Shown here: positions 5,164 through 6,226 of the stretch, piece after piece
Position numbering within the stretch: the first letter of the stretch is position 1
Layout: the number at the start of each line of letters is the position of its first letter
Source: an uncultured archaeon
GTDB lineage: Archaea > Iainarchaeota > Iainarchaeia > Iainarchaeales > CSSED10-239
Direction of reading: 5' to 3'
Assembly (NCBI GenBank): GCA_964463155.1
Contig: CAYXAY010000007.1
Coordinates: 1-6,226, forward strand
Length of the DNA stretch: 6,226 nt
Notes under the pieces: model-generated
The model's database searches: none
What the model saw: the letters and a program-made list of their open reading frames with translations, nothing else
Told to the model about the DNA's origin: nothing
Position numbers and translations under genes: made by a program

Positions 5164-5880
5164 TTAGAAGTTTTCATCTTTTACAATTTTGCCATCCATT
5201 AAATGGATGTGTCTCTTTGCTTTTTTTGCAACAATCTTATCGTGTGTGATTAGTATTATTGTTTTTCCTTTTTTGTTAAGGTCTTTTAACAAATCCATGA
5301 TTTCTTCACTTGACTTGGAATCTAAAGATCCTGTTGGTTCGTCTGCAAGTATAATTTCTGGATCATTGACTAATGCTCTAGCAATTGCTACTCTTTGTTG
5401 TTGCCCTCCAGAAAGTTCAGTTGGTCTATGGCCAAGTCTTTCTCCAAGTCCAACAAGTGTCAATAATCCTTTGCAGTGCTTTTCCTGTTGTTCAGTTGTC
5501 TTGTTTGTTTCTTGAAATAACATAGGAAGCATTACATTTTCAAGTGCAGTTAATGTTGGGATAAGATTGAAATCCTGGAAAACAAATCCAATTTTTTGCC
5601 CTCTAATCCTTGCAAGATCATCTTCTTTAAGATTAGAGACATCATGATGGTCAAGATATACCTTTCCTTTAGTTGGAAGATCTAAGGCACCAACAATATG
5701 CATCATTGTTGATTTTCCTGAGCCACTTGGACCCATGATTGCAACAAATTCCCCCTGGTTTATTTTTAGACTTACTCCATTTAATGCGTTAACACAAGCA
5801 GCAGAACCCATATAATATATTTTGAAGATATCCTTTAATTCAACAACAGATTTTTCTTTTGCAGTCATACCCATTCCCAT
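5164..5880 (-). CDS. ABC transporter ATP-binding protein, MacB/LolD/FtsE-type (COG1136-like), 238 aa
   Basis: All the ABC motifs are present: Walker [10 protein letters not shown] (aa 50-58, nt 5707-5733), Q-loop region [10 protein letters not shown], signature [15 protein letters not shown], Walker [13 protein letters not shown] and H-loop ILITHD. The N-terminal strand [14 protein letters not shown] and the block [19 protein letters not shown] are typical of the LolD/MacB subfamily. From memory it closely resembles archaeal MJ0796-type ATPases. Three in-frame ATGs (5880, 5874, 5868) make the exact start ambiguous. Confidence 0.95.
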   Translation of the reverse strand: MGMGMTAKEKSVVELKDIFKIYYMGSAACVNALNGVSLKINQGEFVAIMGPSGSGKSTMMHIVGALDLPTKGKVYLDHHDVSNLKEDDLARIRGQKIGFVFQDFNLIPTLTALENVMLPMLFQETNKTTEQQEKHCKGLLTLVGLGERLGHRPTELSGGQQQRVAIARALVNDPEIILADEPTGSLDSKSSEEIMDLLKDLNKKGKTIILITHDKIVAKKAKRHIHLMDGKIVKDENF

Positions 5881-6095
5881 TTCTAAAAATCGTATAATTA
5901 TTTATAGTTATTTCTATAATATATAATATGGAAATACTTATAAAGAGACAAAAAACAAAGTAATATACCTTTATATAGTTTTTTAATACTAAATATATTA
6001 TTCGACCAAGAAGCAAGTTAGTTTCTTTCCTAAACATATTCAAATTGTGTTCTTTTTGGGATGAAGGAACTTTTCTTTCAAGAAAATGGTCTAAA
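5881..6095. promoter_or_regulatory. Divergent intergenic region expected to hold the promoters of the ABC cassette (leftward) and tRNA-Ser (rightward)
   Basis: This is a 215-bp, extremely AT-rich spacer between two divergently oriented genes. It holds several TATA-like boxes. On the minus strand these include CTTTATAA (5938-5945) and TATAAATA, whose last base is 18 nt upstream of ATG 5880. On the plus strand there is TTTATATA at 5970-5977. None can be assigned to a transcription start from sequence alone. Confidence 0.4.
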
Positions 6096-6178
6096 GCAGA
6101 GGTGGCGGAGTGGTCAAACGCGCTAGCCTGCTAAGCTAGAGTCGAAAGACTACCTGGGTTCAAATCCCAGCCTCTGCG
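6096..6178 (+). tRNA. tRNA-Ser, anticodon GCU (83 nt, class II with long variable arm, CCA not encoded)
   Basis: It folds as GCAGAGG TG GCG GAGTGGTCAAA CGC G CTAGC CTGCTAA GCTAG AGTCGAAAGACTAC CTGGG TTCAAAT CCCAG CCTCTGC G. The acceptor stem is a perfect 7 bp and the D stem is 3 bp, as in class II tRNAs. The anticodon loop CT-GCT-AA gives GCU. The 14-nt variable region forms an AGTC/GACT stem. The T stem is 5 bp and the discriminator is G. Confidence 0.93.
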
Positions 6179-6179
6179 C

Positions 6180-6189
6180 TTTTAATTTT
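6180..6189 (+). terminator. Oligo-T tract immediately after tRNA-Ser (TTTTAATTTT), a possible termination signal
   Basis: T4-AA-T4 starts 2 nt after the discriminator base. Short oligo-T tracts are the usual termination signal for archaeal RNA polymerase. No hairpin is present. Confidence 0.3.
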
Positions 6190-6226
6190 AATAATTGGAA
6201 CATTAGAAAAATATTATGCAAGCAAT

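Noticed and set aside
4837-5515. Plus-strand ORFs 4837-5202 (121 aa) and 5189-5515 (108 aa)
   Set aside because: They are antisense to permease 1 and to the ATPase. The minus strand contains the Walker A, signature and Walker B motifs. No independent support exists for either ORF.
677-6178. The ABC cassette as a tRNA-bracketed genomic island (tRNA-Thr on the left, tRNA-Ser on the right)
   Set aside because: There is no integrase or recombinase gene. No duplicated tRNA 3-prime fragment or other flanking direct repeat is present. I see no obvious compositional break relative to the ZIP gene.
6216-6226. ATG CAA GCA AT at the right edge as the start of a plus-strand gene
   Set aside because: Only 11 nt are visible, so a gene cannot be supported.
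1-6226. CRISPR arrays, insertion sequences, rRNA, stop-codon reassignment
   Set aside because: I saw no regularly spaced repeats, no terminal inverted repeats with a transposase, and no rRNA-like sequence. All well-supported genes read through cleanly with the standard code.

Overview
This is an AT-rich, densely packed prokaryotic window, roughly one-third G+C by eye and much lower in the spacers. It is tentatively archaeal. All protein genes lie on the minus strand. The main content is a five-ORF ABC cassette running from 5880 down to 1145. In order it encodes: (1) a MacB/LolD-type ATPase; (2) an FtsX/MacB-type permease broken by one frame change near 4430; (3) a 425-aa surface protein with a signal peptide, three tandem beta-sandwich modules (CARDB/COG1361-like by eye) and a C-terminal membrane anchor; (4) a second, intact but divergent FtsX/MacB-type permease; (5) a 90-codon orphan ORF. 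To the left of the cassette lie a 395-bp strongly T-skewed non-coding spacer, tRNA-Thr(UGU), and the first 162 codons of a ZIP-family metal transporter that runs off the left edge and is missing from the supplied ORF track. At the right end, tRNA-Ser(GCU) on the plus strand diverges from the cassette. I saw no rRNA, CRISPR array, transposase or integrase. The best candidate for a poorly described system is the ABC cassette built around the surface repeat protein. Its function cannot be read from the sequence. All family names come from motif recognition by eye, not from searches.
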